A DNA stretch of 63,384 nt, counting the filler, from Hyphochytrium catenoides (taxonomy: Eukaryota > Protista > Hyphochytriomycota): NCBI GenBank assembly GCA_900088475.1. It is 8 parts of 8 records of this genome, joined end to end, with 100 filler letters (N's around TTAATTAATTAA, not from the genome) between each part and the next. Parts side by side here need not be neighbours in the genome. Positions count along the whole stretch, not along the records: positions 23,750 to 36,258 come from FLMG01003929.1; positions 36,359 to 43,620 come from FLMG01004531.1; 6 more parts are not named here. One strand, given 5' to 3'. The translations under genes were made by a program, and so were the position numbers. Shown piece by piece: positions 23,750 to 37,184 of the stretch. Under the pieces are notes generated by a model. It did not search any database. It saw only the letters and a program-made list of their open reading frames with translations, and had not been told where the DNA came from. Every line of letters begins with the position of its first letter. Within the stretch, counting starts at the first letter, position 1.

Positions 23750-24329
23750 TTATCTCTGGCCTCAGGAAGGTCTAAAAGATGCAGTCTCAAGTGCTGCTCA
23801 AAGCCAAACGCCTCACCGGCACAGACTGAATGATGAGCCAGTGACGATATTAGACATTAGCTGATAATGTCACATCAGTAAAACCGAGCTTAGAGCTGCT
23901 CATGATCTAACCTTAAATTTGCATATGAAATGGACATTAATAAGGAAAAACAAAGGTTCTTGAAGAATAGAGGTAAAGCAAAGAGTGTTACGATCAAGTT
24001 GAAGGACAAGGCTACCTACTTAGCGGAAGCAGAGCGTAGGCAGTCCGGCCAGCAGCACCTAGCGGTCATGGACGCAGCAACAGTCAACACCATGGCGCGA
24101 TTTGGAAATGATGGGGGTGATTGAGAAGATTGCCGGGAATGAAGGCGCAACCAAAGAAGAGTGGCGCCTCAACCTCGATGGGTACTACCAGTGCCAGTAA
24201 CTAGTTATAAAGGACTGCGACAGAAAGCATCTTACCAGTCACGAGCACGGTTAGGGGCTCTTCTGGCCGAGGCTCGACAACAAATCTGCCAGAAAAGACT
24301 CGAAAGACGTCATCATCGGTGTCCGCCAT
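23750..24329 (-). CDS. MDH1: Malate dehydrogenase (cytosolic MDH1/type 2 family), 5' part
   Basis: Three spliced exons give MADTDDD..EEPLTVLVTGAAGRTAYALLPLICAGEAFGFEQHLRLHLLDLPEA, matching the MDH1 VLVTGAAGQIAY..GEVFG..Q...LHLLDI signature. Confidence 0.8.
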
Positions 24330-25014
24330 AGCTAAGCGTTCCAAGGCTAACAGACGGCCTCCTCTCCCAGATCGCCGCAAGTCGACTAAATAAACTCCTT
24401 TCTCTTACCGGCTTAAACCACCACCTTTCTCGCTTTGTTTTACGTAATAGAGGAAGACACAATGGCCGATTAGTACTGAAGCTCGGTCTCAACTCTTTCC
24501 TTTGTTGATCAATATTGTTGAGCGCTGTTCCGGTCTCTTCTCCCGTCATTCTCAACAGATTCCGAACTTCAATTCGCAGATGCGAAAATCAATCCCAAGA
24601 GAATCTTCAAGTTACGGGCAAGATTATTGGCGTTGCGCAATGTTATATGCTGTTCGTGACGCGTACTGCTGTTGTACAAGGGCTGGTGCTATAGGTCAAA
24701 AAGTGAGAACAGCGCACGTACAGAACAGTACATCGACGTACAACTGCTGGGACTGCTCTCTAATGATGTGATGATGATTCTTCATCCACCAGGATGACTT
24801 TGTTGATGATGTGAAGCTCCACCAGCAGCGGCAGACCATCATTGTCATGCAATAACAACCAGAGTTCATCCTCTTCTTTGCCCGCCTCTTCTATTTTTAA
24901 ATGTTGTTCCTCGGCGCCGTGTCCTGCAACATGATTTACAAAGATCCTCCTCCGTATGGCCCCAAGCACCAGAGGTGTCGCTTTACACTCTTGACTTTGT
25001 TTGGAGAATTCTCA

Positions 25015-26800
25015 GCTGCTCCACGCCAGCATTAAATTGAGGCCTTGAGCGTAGTAGAGGGCAGCAAAAATCTCCTCAAGCGACTCGACAGATAAGCCAC
25101 GCATAATCTTGGAAGCAGAGTGATCATTGAAAGACTTTTGTAGCTGAGCAAATTGGAACTGGGCACGTGTGAAGGTAAGGCTAATCTGCTTGGATTACCA
25201 GCAAAAGAGGAAGACGCTACTAGGATGAATTAGGGAAGTCGTGCTGGACAGATAAACTTTAGCCTTTATTGCATAGTGCAAAAGAGTAAAGAGCCCTAGG
25301 AGGGTAAACTTATATTGGACAATATCTCTTACTGCCTCCCCTCACTCTGGCTCGCCATGGGCTGTCTTCGATGTGCATGCCTCTCCACTCTACCTCATTA
25401 TGTCTTGTGGTGGAACTTGAGACATAACCTTTGCTTGAGTATCCTATAGCAAGAGAGAAGAACGCAAAGGTGAAGAAAGAACACTGGGTTGGCGGAAAGA
25501 AGCAATTGCATTGGGAGCACCACTACTGCCGTCGAAAAGGGAACAAGCTATTGCGCACCGCTAGATATTGAAGAAGACAAGAAACAGAACCAGGCCGTGC
25601 ACCCTAGATCCAATATACCTATTTCTAGTGGATTGGACCACCCTAAAACCATTAAATGCCAATGTTCATTCCTCTTTAAACTTCGGAGTGACTAGCGGGT
25701 GCCACTGGTGCATCCAAGTACACAGCCTATTGGAGGGAAAGGGTGGAACAAATTAGAGGTGCCTGCGGTTCAGGGCGCGAGATCGAGTACCGTAGCAGAG
25801 ACAAGCGAACTAGAAGACGGCGGTGGCAAAATGACGCGAACAAGAAGGATGCCTTCGTAGCGAATGTAAGGTCTAAAGTGGCCCTGCTGATATCAAGATA
25901 CCAAGCTGACTGAGGGGAGAGAGAAACGATAGGCAACCACGGCTTGGAGCTGAAGTTTGAGCATGCTCAACAACTTACCACATCAGCCACATACAAAAAG
26001 TCGCGATGGGGATAAGCACCATTGCAGTACTACGATATGCAGTAGCACAATAACCGAAGAGATCCATAAAGTGAATAAAAGAGCAATACAGTCAGACCGT
26101 GACCGTAAGATATACTTAACGATGAGTGAGATCTCTAGGTAGCTGACAACAATATCAAAGGAAAGTTGTGACACGTGACGTGCCTAGGTACTGAGAAAAA
26201 GGGGCGATTGAGCCCTGCAGGAAAAGAAGAAACACTCATCATCGGGACAAGAAGACACATGACCTGTGGCTATCAGTGAAGGAAGCAGCAGGACAAGATA
26301 AAGGGACAGTAGAGCATATAGAACCCGAGGCACTTAAAACACGCCGCAGGGAAGCGTACCTGACAGTGTCACTCTTTACGCCCATACATCTTCCCATAAA
26401 AGCGACACCGAGGAGGATCACACAGATTGCAACAAAGAAGTTGGTCCCCTGTACAAGTGGTGCTGGAACTGTCATTTTGAGTGTTTGAGTTTGCGGATCA
26501 ACGCCCACAAGAGCAACGCAGGTCACTGATCTCCAAGTAAGGCCGCCCTAGGGGAAGCTTCAGCCGTACGTTGATCCCCTTCCGAAGAGAAGGAAAGTCG
26601 GTATCACAAGAACAGATAGACGAGGATTCCTTAAAGACTCGAGTGCAAAGCCTCCAGCGTCCCGGGAATACGAGTCCAGGCTTTAATAAAGCTCTTCCTT
26701 TCCTCCCAATACCTGAGATCTCAACAAGAACCTTCCCACAGTCCTGCAAATCTGCATGTGAAGACCTCACAAACTCCAGCAGCAAGACTTCGTTGTCCTG
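25015..26800 (-). CDS. Probable multi-exon hypothetical membrane protein; exon structure not resolved
   Basis: GT/AG-bounded hydrophobic exon GTNFFVAICVILLGVAFMGRCMGVKSDTV (~26450-26360) and other short candidate exons; no family recognised. Confidence 0.3.
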
Positions 26801-27245
26801 GCATCATAAAAATCTCTTCTTGAGATGAAAGCGGGCTTCACATTCCCATTGCGGACCTAGGTCAGAGGTTCAGATTTGCAAAAGACGGAACTAAAAGCAT
26901 TTAACAGTTGCTCGTATCCCTGTATTTTAACGCGGATACCGAAGGTAACGTGATAAGGCTAACAAATGTACGGCAAAAGGTTTTATTTTACAGTCCTGGT
27001 TTCGGCGATTGTTGTGGTTGTGAGAGGAGTTTCACTGGTAAAGATGACGATGGCAGACAGATGAAGACGCAGAGACATGAGAGAGAGCATCCTTCTCTGT
27101 CTTTTCCTCTTGGCTCTTCTTCTCCTTAGCCGCTACTGCCTGCCTCTTATCGGGCCCAAGCTCTTCCCGTTTCTATCTCCTGTTTGTCTCTTACGATTGT
27201 CTCTCCTTTGCATATCTAAGACGCCTCGCGCCCTATAGATTGGGA

Positions 27246-30200
27246 TTATCGTCCGTCGCCATCATTCCTAACCTCCTCCTCGAGACGCAAACTTGGGCCC
27301 TCCGCAGGTTCGGAGCGCTGTAATGATTTATCAGCAGAAGAGGAAAGGCTTTGGACCACAGACTCCGTTGTAGGCGTGGGAGTGGTCGGCAAGAGCTTGG
27401 TCCATTCCGGTTCGGTAATATCTTTAGGTGACGGTTCATCCCTAGCTTGCCCATACTGGCTCTTTGTCTTTTTGCGGGGAGGGGAAGGAACCTGGTCTGT
27501 CCGAGCCTTCAGGCTAGTGCGGCGTGTGGGCGCAGTCTTGGCCATAGGGCTTTGCTTAGGCCTTAGGACTGGCCAAAGCGGCGTTTTAGGGGAAAAAGGA
27601 CGCCGCGTGAAATAGCGAATGTGAGAGGTGAAGGTAGATTTGGTGAGGGAGCAAAGGAACCGAAGAATAGCCATGGCTGGATAATGCTTATGACCTACAT
27701 TTATCCACGTCTTGCGGTCGCATTGGGGTAGCAGAGATGTAGTACGGCTCTTCATTGTCGGAGTCCTCTATAAAGGCTGGCGCATAATCCAAACCGACGA
27801 CGTCCACCTAGAAAGAGCAACGGCACCAGGAGGGTGGTAACGATGCTCAGCAAGGACGGTAGAGGTATTGAGGAAGGCGAGGGCAGGGAGCGCGCTTCTT
27901 TCTTACGTCTTCTTCTTCCCTGTCTTGCTTCTTTCTCGCCACCTCCTCTTCTGGCTCCTATAGGCGAAAGCAGATGAGTGCCGTATCCCTCTCTTCATTT
28001 GTTTTAGTACAATGGAAAAGCCTGACATTGCCCACAGCCAATTGAAAGTACAGCATGGGAGACAAGAAGATATTTGTGTCACTTACATAGTCAAATTCAT
28101 CTTCTTGTTCAATGTATTCTTCGTTCTCCTCTAACTCTTCAAAGTTGGGGGCGAATGCAGCCCAATTGGCTTCATAGTTGCTGGTCCAAACGTAGATCTT
28201 ACCCGCCTTGGAACCTGAGGCCACGAAGCAGCGACGAGGATGGCCCTGGAAGGAGTGACAAATAGATAATTAGACAAGGAAAGAGTAGTCCTGAAGAGAT
28301 TAGAAAGAGAGCTTAATACTGGGGAGAGCGAAGAACTGTGGGCTCAGGGTATTGGATTCCAGTGATAGGTCCCCACCCATTCATGGACGAAAAGAGAGCT
28401 ATGCCACTATGACGGTGGCTCACACTTGGAGATAGAAAAAGTAGACGGCGGAAGCTTAGAGCGTTTTAGCGCTTTACCGCCAAGCTATAGAGGGCGTCCT
28501 TGGGATACGTCAGCTGTTGAATCAACCTTCCATCAGCCGTGCTCCAAACATAGATATGGACACGATGGTCCTCGGTCGTCCCTAAGACGACTATTTATAA
28601 GCTGATCTCAAAGCAGGCAGATCGAAAGAGGTGGTGGAGTATCTATCTAGAGCAATAAAGAACGGAAATATCCGGAAGTCGCTAACAGCAGGATGATCTC
28701 TGTTCCTTGAAAATGAGCTCAGAAGCAGTCGCCACGGAGTGGCTGAGAAGGAGTGCTAGTTGAGGAGTTAGGCGTACCTCCCAGCACATACTCCGAGTCA
28801 CCTGTAAAGCAGCTCGCCNNNNNNNNNNNNNNNNNNNNNNNNNNNNNNNNNNNNNNNNNNNNNNNNNNNNNNNNNNNNNNGAGTCGAATCACTCTGTCCG
28901 CGGATGTGGTAAGAAAGAGTTGTCTGTTGCGGCTGGGTTTTATGGTACGGACGACAGTGGTTGATGACATCTGGTACACCTGGCACACCTTTCCATAATG
29001 GAGTAAGTAGCGTTTGTGGGCTAACATGTCCGTTTGGTTGACTCAAATGTCAGAAAGACTAAGAAACGTGATTGTTGAATCATCCGCGAAGCAGGGAGCT
29101 AGAGTTTACGTAACACGGGGAGCGGCTAGCAAGATCAATAAAAGGTGTGTCCAACAGACAGGATTAGAGGTAGGAACAAAGCAAACGCTCCGGCCAACCA
29201 AGCACCTACTTCGAGAGAGACTGTTCGCAGACAGTCTATGATACCCTTTCCCGTAGCTGCCAAGATACGACCACCGTCTCTATCATAGGATGCAGCCATG
29301 GCCAGACCAGGTTTCCCTTTCTTCGCAACAAGAGTGCGTGAGAATGAGGTGCGGTGGAGATAGACGAGAATCGAGTTAGACGCGATAGACCGGGAGCAGA
29401 TATGGCTGAGGGATCCCAGCTGTAAAGCACGATAAGCACATGTGGTAGCTGGCAATCCATTCCTCGCCACAGATGAGTTACGAGGTGGTGGAGCAAGAGG
29501 ATAGAAGAAGGATGTGGTGCCTCACCTCGGCACTGACAATCGGGCGTAGAGTAATCTCATTCGACCGAAGATCTATGAGCAGGGGCGGGCCCTCAGATAG
29601 GCAGACCAAACAATTTCCGCTACATTTTGCATAGAACCAATAAGATTAATGACAGCTCATTTCCTTACACGATTTCCCAGCGCTCGTCACTGCCATTCTT
29701 TGGATCCCTTCTTCGTTCTACTCTCTCCATCCCTGGTTTATGATCCTTTTCTTTGCTATGTAACTTGCTACCTACCTGTCCCTCGGATCCACATGCGCTG
29801 ATGTGGGAGTGCCTTCAAGGGCCACGGCTCTCAAACAGGTACCATGTTCTATGTCCCACAGCCGCAGGCGCTTGTCGTCTGACACTGAGCAAAGAAATCT
29901 GCTGCAGTGCGACCAGCTAGAAGAGAACGAATAAGGTAACTATCAGAAAAGCAACAAGAAATAAGCAAGATGGTCAAGCATAAGGTAGAGCCAGGAAAGC
30001 GGTAGATGTACATAGTAAGCACAATGTGCAATCAAGCATACCTGACTGAAGTAACAGGTAGGTCGCCGCAGTCCAAGACTCTTGCCACACCGCGGGTCTC
30101 AAAGTCAAAGAGTAGAACCCTGCCATCTAAGCACCCAGCAGCAAGGTAGTTCCCGAACCTATTGAACTCGCTGCAAAGAACGGGAGACCCGCATTCAAGC

Positions 30201-30319
30201 TCAGATTCACACCGCTCTGGGACGCAGTGCGGGTCTGTGGGGGAGACAACCTCAACAGACAGCTAAAAAGGCTTCCACTCCAAAGTTCGGACTGTGGTAC
30301 CTCGAAGCAGTAGATCCAT
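27246..30319 (-). CDS. RBBP5: RBBP5/Swd1 (COMPASS WD40 subunit), multi-exon
   Basis: MDLLLRDP..EFNRFGNYLAAGCLDGRVLLFDFETRGVAR; FLTTSADRVIRL; CFTGDSEYV; GKIYVW..NWAAFAPNFEELEENEEYIEQEDEFD. Confidence 0.9.
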
Positions 30320-30491
30320 TGCCGGCTACTCCGGGCTAGTCGGCTTGCTTCTTTCTGGGGCTTTAGCATAAAAAGATAGCTTCCAGCTTTGTCCACGACA
30401 AGCCTTCATCGTAAGCCCATGAGGAAGAGTTAGTCGCAGGTAAGCAGCTGCTGACCATTACAGCTAGCTTTGTTGGCAATAAGCTCCAGGA

Positions 30492-30925
30492 ATGAGTGAG
30501 CTCCAAGATCCCTGCCCTTCGTTGATCCTGGCCTTGAGAGATTCTGAAGTGCTCTGTCCGGGCTGAAGATTTTGTCAATAACTTGCGCTGCACCTAATGA
30601 AAAACAGCTTCTGACGCTTGAGTGATACAGATTCCGCAAACCACGCTGAATAATCAGCATAATGGCCGACTAAAGCCGGTAGGATTCCTGATAACAAAAT
30701 ACTCCTGCATACAGCAGCTGAAGAAGAGATCGTCGGAGCTCATCTGGGGAGATTGGCTTCCCGATGACAGGTGCTCCTTTGGAAGAGCCACTGAAGGACT
30801 CATTGGCAGAGCAAGCGCTGCGCTTTATGCGTGTATCACGGGTTCTACTCTTTGGTCTTCTAACATCTAGAGATTCCCAGGAGTTTGCTACATGTCTGGG
30901 AGCCTTTGCCCAAGCAATTCTGTAG
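30492..30925 (+). CDS. Putative 4-exon 71-aa ORF (small gene or spliced uORF) immediately upstream of XRCC4
   Basis: Exons 30492-30548, 30631-30678, 30715-30770, 30871-30925 splice in frame via GT..AG introns; ends in TAG 3 nt before the XRCC4 ATG. Confidence 0.35.
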
Positions 30926-30928
30926 CAC

Positions 30929-32615
30929 ATGACCAAACCTCGCGTAGAACTATCCTTACACCGTCAGAATGGAGAAGACATCTTCATCTCAGCCTCCAGG
31001 CACCAGGTAATTGAAGCTAGAACGTCACTTTATGTGGGTTGCTGCACTAACCTGCTTGACCTAGGATAAGAGCGTTATGCTTGAAGTGACCAACTGCGAA
31101 GCGGTCTACCGAGGCACGGTGACGCCGACCAATAAGTTCCCTTCCGTTGCTCAAAGCGATCAAGAGTTCCTGGACGTGGTCTATGATGTCCTTTCCGGCT
31201 CTCTCAGTGCAGATGACTATCCCATATTATTTGAAGGATGGTCCAAGGCAGCCCCTCGCATCCACCTTGAGATAGGACAGCGTATTCGAACAAAGCACTC
31301 CCAGATCGTGGGGAAATTTTGCACTGCTGGTCTTAGCCTACATTCCGTTGGAGGCGGTTCCAAGGAGCTCGTATCGGCAATATTTGCCCGAGGAGTGGCG
31401 ACCATGAACCAGCTACAGCTGCATATTCGCAGCTTAGAAGCAGGCATTGCGACCCAGAAGCGGCGTATTGAAGAGCAGGATAAGCTCATACAAGAAGCAG
31501 ACCAAGCTAAAACTGACCTCCAAACCCGACTGATTAGCGACATTATTGAGATTCTCAACGAGAAGAAGGCTTACTATGCAAGGCTAGAGAAGAAGGCCAT
31601 CCAAGAGTCATCACTAAGAAAGGTGGAGGAAGAGAACCTCTCAGACACGGACACCGATCAGGGAGCCCAATCATCCGAGGAGGAAGAAGAAGTGCCGGCG
31701 CCACCTCCGCCTCGGAAGACTCAGCGGGGTCAAACCCGAAAAAGAAAGGCTATAGAGGAACCCGAGAGCCCTCCTGCCTCCACGCAGAAGCCTGCAACAG
31801 CTTCTTCCTCTCTAAAGTCATCAATTTACTCCCAAGCAGAGCCGTTTGGCACGTCCCAAGTCAGCGTAAATGCTGCCGATTTGCTTTCCCAGTTGGAGCA
31901 AGAAGATCTGGATTGGAAGAACTCGCAGGGCTTACAAGGACTGCAGAGTCAGCAGAAAGGTTCAGCCGCCTCTGAACATAGTAGCAGTCAGCAATGGAAG
32001 GATGGGAGCCCCTCGAAGAAGACAAAAGACAGTGGATCCAATAGGCTGGAAGATTTATCTCTGTCAAGACCCAAGGAAGCGCACACTTTAGAGGATGTCC
32101 TAATGGCTGATACGCAAGAGGACGTTCTTCCCCTTAACAGCCAATCTAGTGGACGTGTCAGGGACCTCGACGGTGGAGATATACTGGGAACTAGTGGCAC
32201 CCGGGCCGGACATGGGACCTTATCGAGGGCACCAACTCTTCCCTCTCCTAGAAGGCCGGGGGATCAAGCGAACGGCCAGGAACCAACAGTGGTCCAGCTG
32301 AGTCCAAAGGCGGGACCTACCCCGAGGGCAAGCTCACCCGATAACAAGCACACAAGATCTCAAAGTCGGAGCAGGGACGCGGAGAGCCTACTCAGTGTGG
32401 GGACCATGGTTGTCAACACATTGGCACTCAGCTCCCTTCCAGATTCCTCGGAATCTAGCGGTCATGCGGAGCGGGCAAGGGCACCTACGGGGATCGCCAA
32501 GCCCAAAAGCCCAGTATCAACGCGTAAGAGTCAACCTTCATCAGTTGCAAATCAGCGAAGAGCCAGAGCTGACACTTCCGAGAGTGAGGATGACATTCTG
32601 GACTCTATTCTCTAA
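30929..32615 (+). CDS. XRCC4: XRCC4-like non-homologous end-joining factor (2 exons: 30929-31006, 31065-32615)
   Basis: N-terminal head (LEVTNCEAVYRGTV), coiled coil ending in KTDLQTRLISDIIEILNEKKAYYARLE (ligase IV-binding LNEKK motif), long disordered acidic/Ser tail. Confidence 0.7.
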
Positions 32616-32825
32616 CCAATCCGTGGAGAATGCCTTATGTGTGATATTACATAGAAGCAATGGTTGCGACAGGAGATGCTGCAGGAGCTCAGACGAGTAT
32701 CTAGGGAATAGCGGAGAACAAGGAAAGGGAGAAAGATGACTGAGTAAAGGAGGTCATGGCGTGCTTGTAGCCTCCAGACCCTATGTCCGCCGTCATCATA
32801 GGACATCCAGACACGTAGTGTTGCA

Positions 32826-33907
32826 TCACTTTGCCTCTGCAAAGCGCAGGAGCCGGAGACAGCGAAGGATGTTTATCTTGTCCGGCTCGCACTCTACCTC
32901 TAGGTAATGCTTCTTCTCCTTAGTTTGGATGCACAATCGTTTAAGAACTTTGTCAGCTTTCTTCTGGCTGGCTGACTCGGAACACTCTTCCACCTGCCGG
33001 GGAAAGGTGAGAATGAGAGGCTTTGGAACCTAAGAAGCACAGGACAAATCCCCGCCTGCCTCACCTTTATGATGTCGCATATCCGGATGCAGTTCTTCCG
33101 CTGTGGGTTGGAGCTGCTATGTCCCTCCTTGCACCAGAAGAGTGTAGTGCGCTCTACGTCGCAGAAAAGGTAGCCTTTTTGCGAGATGAAGCCTTTCTAT
33201 AATAGCACGGTGTGGCATATCAGCGAACATTGGAAAAGGGCACAGGAAGGAGATCCTGTCTTATTGACAATATGGAAACAGAGGATTTACCTTTTTGCAT
33301 TTCACTCCGGCCTTCATGATACGATCCACATACTCTAACTCTTTCACCAGTGCGTCTAGCTCATCTTCCTCTCCAGCGTTCACAGTTGTGGCGCTGGTGC
33401 TTTCTATGGCTTGGCAGCCTAATAGCCATGAATGCGGAGAAGAAAAGAAGAAAAAGACGATGAGGTCACAGCGGCTAGGGTTTGTCCAAATAGGAGAAGC
33501 GTATCACATCTTCAGAGGTACATGGAAAGACAGATGCAAAGAGGCAGAGACAATGAAGACGGGTGGATAGAGCAAAGTCTGCGATTTTGTTTGATAGCGC
33601 AGCTATACATCCTGTTTCCTCTAGTGTCAAGCTTCTATTACCTTTGCTGTCTGCCACCCGATACCGCTGCACGTGGACCACTGTCGAGTCCTGGCGCACT
33701 CCCTGGGCTGCCAGGCTTCAGAGAAGGAAGTCGTTTAGTATCTGTATAGGGTTGTAGAGTTTGTTATGGTGTTACCTCATCCACTCCTGAAGTTGCTTTC
33801 CTCCGTGGTGGAAGCTCACAGGTTGACCCTGAAGCCCCAGTTGGTGCTTCAGGGCCACTACTGTCATCTGCCCACTTGTCCTTAGTACCCGAACCTCCCC
33901 TGTCCAT
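32826..33907 (-). CDS. Small protein with C-terminal PH domain, multi-exon (5' end uncertain)
   Basis: Spliced IMKAGVKCKK|KGFISQKGYLFCDVERTTLFWCKEG..NCIRICDIIK|VEE..RLCIQTKEKKHYLEVE..NILRCLRLL* follows the PH strand/helix pattern. Confidence 0.6.
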
Positions 33908-36460
33908 AGGGTCACTTGTAAATCAAGGTCCATAGTTGGCTCTTAATGTCTTGGACAAGTGGCGCTCCTCAAGAGTGCTTATGATCAGACAAGTCTCGGC
34001 GTTTGAGGATGTATTCTCAACGGCTTCCGCTCAATAGCCGCAACAGGATAGCGCTGTATTGGCTACGGCGTCATGGCTCTTTATCACAGCGGATGAGGGA
34101 GGAAGATAATCAATGGTAAGGGAAGTTGAGAGAGACTGACAGGAAGGATGTTAAGCAAGGAGGATGGGAGTCGGGAAAGGCATATCTGGTGGAGACAGCG
34201 AGGAATGTCAGGCACACTCCACAGAAGTAGGGAATAGAGCGAGAAAAAAAAGAAGAGAGAGTGAGAGAGAGACGAAGGGCAAGACAGAGAGAAAGAAAAG
34301 GGTAGCGAGAATGGAGCGGGGTGAGAAGCAGGAGCAAGCGCAAGCGGAGAAGAAACCCCAAGAGCCAATATCTCAGAGATTCTCCAACAAGAGACGACGA
34401 AAGTGGTTAGAGGAGAGGCGGGAGGAAAGAAATAAAAGGAAAAGAGAGAGAGGAGAGAGAGAGAGAGAAAATGAGAGAGAGAGAGAGAGAGAAAATGAGA
34501 CAGAGTAACAGAGAAATAAAGAGAGAAAGAGAAGAAACACCAGGAGAAGGCAATAGCGGGCATAGAGACCGAGGCCTCCCTGAGAGAGAGAGAGAGAGAG
34601 AGAGGCAAGAGGAAGAAGAGAGAGAGAGAGAGAGGAGCGTGGAAACATCCGAAAGGTTACACTCTGAGCTCTACCGCGCCTGCCATCACTCACAGAATCC
34701 TGCAGGTGGTGGGCAGAAACGGCAAAATCTGCTCTGTGATTCCCTTTGTAGTTATTGTTCGGGACTGATTAATCAAAGCAACCGATAGTAATCTAGCATT
34801 GGAGGGGACTTGAAGGATTGTTGAAGATTGAAGAGCCAGAGTGGATTCGAAGAGTGATTTTCTCATAGCTCTCCCTACTGTACAGGTGGAAATAGTAGAG
34901 TGAACCGACGATGAGTCCTTGTCTTTGATGACCAGGGACAAGTGTCAGATGACTGGCTGACTGCCTGGCATCTCCCAGGAAGTCAGCCTCACTTTGCTTT
35001 TGTGATCTTCTCTCCGTAGGTTGAAAGTTGTCATCATTATTTCTGTTCGTCACTTGCTTCTTGCTATCGGGAAGGACGAGAGCTTTCTTCCTGAGCGCTG
35101 TTTGCCATCTAAGTACGATTCTGAGGTCGTTCCCGAGGCGAGAAGAGAGAGTTGTTGAGACTATGCTTTCGTTGGCAGACAAATAGAAGACACTAAGGTG
35201 ATAATGATGACCTCATGGGAAAAGAAAGGGAATCAATACTCAAGGGCACAAGAGGAAAGAGGATCATCATCTATGGTGGTTCACTGCCCATACATATTGT
35301 AATGTTGGGGGAGATTCGGGCGCCGCTGCCGGTTAGTAGGTTGACGGGGTAGAGACCTTTGGTGCGTCTCTCTTTCTCAAGNNNNNNNNNNNNNNNNNNN
35401 NNNNNNNNNNNNNNNNNNTACTACCCTTTTGCTACTTATGCTCCCCTCTATACCTCCTTGTCATGCTTCTGAAGAGAAGAAGTAGAATCAGCACTATCAC
35501 TAGAAGCTCGGTTGTTTGAGCGGTGACCTATGCTGTTCTCTACCTCTCCTTGGCTGATTTATAACGTAGTAAGGTCCTCCTTTCAGTTCGCAAGTCGGGT
35601 TTACTTGTTATCTCCCTCCTACCCCTCTACGGTGCTTGGACAGACCTTCTCTCTACAGCATGAGGTGAATGATGATTATGAAGGACTGGAGGCAAACAAT
35701 AACGCACTTAAGTTCTAGGTGGACGTGAAGGAGCTGCTGCACCTTTGCGGTACGATGAAGAATAGTGCGGGGAATGATTGAGCTCTTGAAAAAGAGTGCC
35801 TGTGGCTCTCAACGAGATTGTCAATATTGTCCTGTATAGGATGGTGCTGCGCGCCACTAGTGCAACTTTAGATCGNNNNNNNNNNNNNNNNNNNNNNNNN
35901 NNNNNNNNNNNNNNNNNNNNNNNNNNNNNNNNNNNNNNTTTGTATTGTTAGTTTTTTTGAATGGGGGTACATTGGTATGTTGCTCTATCTCAGGCGGAAC
36001 TACTAGAGCCAGCCCTCTACACGTCCTCTTTCTTATGACCGGAATATCCAAACAACCCACAAGTTCTCTTTCTCCCTCTTTATGATCTCCCATTCGTGCT
36101 AACTCTTGTCATCTAGGTGCCTGCTTTTTCGCTGGCTGCTCGGAGATATCCCCTTCTAAAGGGATCATAAGTGTGATGAAGTTACTCCGGTGTCAGCATC
36201 ACTTTGTCACAAGCTACCTTCCTGAGACCATTGCTGGTGACTAGCAGCATCTAAATCTNNNNNNNNNNNNNNNNNNNNNNNNNNNNNNNNNNNNNNNNNN
36301 NNTTAATTAATTAANNNNNNNNNNNNNNNNNNNNNNNNNNNNNNNNNNNNNNNNNNNNCTCTCTCTCTCTCTCTTCCTCTTCCCCTCTCTCTCTCTCTCT
36401 CCCTCCTCTCTCCCTCCTCTCTCCCTCCTCTCTCCCTCCTTCTGTCTGTCTGTCTGTCTG

Positions 36461-36494
<34 letters not shown>

Positions 36495-36764
36495 TCGCAC
36501 TCATAGTTTATTTTTGCAGCTCGATCTGCAGGAATGCCTGCTCTATCAGAGAGACAAAGTGAGGAGAGGACAGGGAAAGAGGAGAGAGAGGGGGGAAAAA
36601 ACAGTAGTGGGCCAGACAGAAAGAGAGAAGGGAAAGAAAGAAAGCAAGAGTCGAGAATAGAGAGAGACACAGAACAATAATAGAAGACAAGAACCAAGGG
36701 AGACCTCTTTGTAGAATCCTTTCTCTGTTTCTCTCTCTCTCCCCGCAGCAGCCACCACGCCATC

Positions 36765-37130
36765 TCTCTCTCTCTTCTCAGCCGTCTCTCCTCTCCTCAA
36801 GAGAGAGAGAGTGCGAGCCAGAGCGACAAAAGCTCCATAGGTTCTGCTCATTTATTCACGTTTAATAGAGGCAAAAGAGAAGCTGGCAGAGCGATAAATA
36901 GTGAGACCGGAAAGACATCAAAGAGAGAGACACACCTCTTTCTCTCTCTCTCTCTTCTCAGCCGTCTCTCCTCTCCTCAAGAGAGAAAGAGTGCGAGCCA
37001 GATTGACAAAAGCTCCATAGGTTCTGCTCATTTATTCACGTTTAATAGAGACAAAAGAGAAACTGGCAGAGCGATAAATAGTGAGACCGGAAAGACATCA
37101 AAGAGAGAGACACACCTCTTTCTCTCTCTC
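36765..37130. repeat. Tandem duplication, 180-bp period, two copies
   Basis: Lines starting 36781/36961, 36841/37021 and 36901/37081 align with five substitutions. Confidence 0.95.
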
Positions 37131-37184
37131 TTTCTTTCTCTCTCTCTCTCTTCTCCATCCTCCGGTCCCATTCTTTCCCTAACT

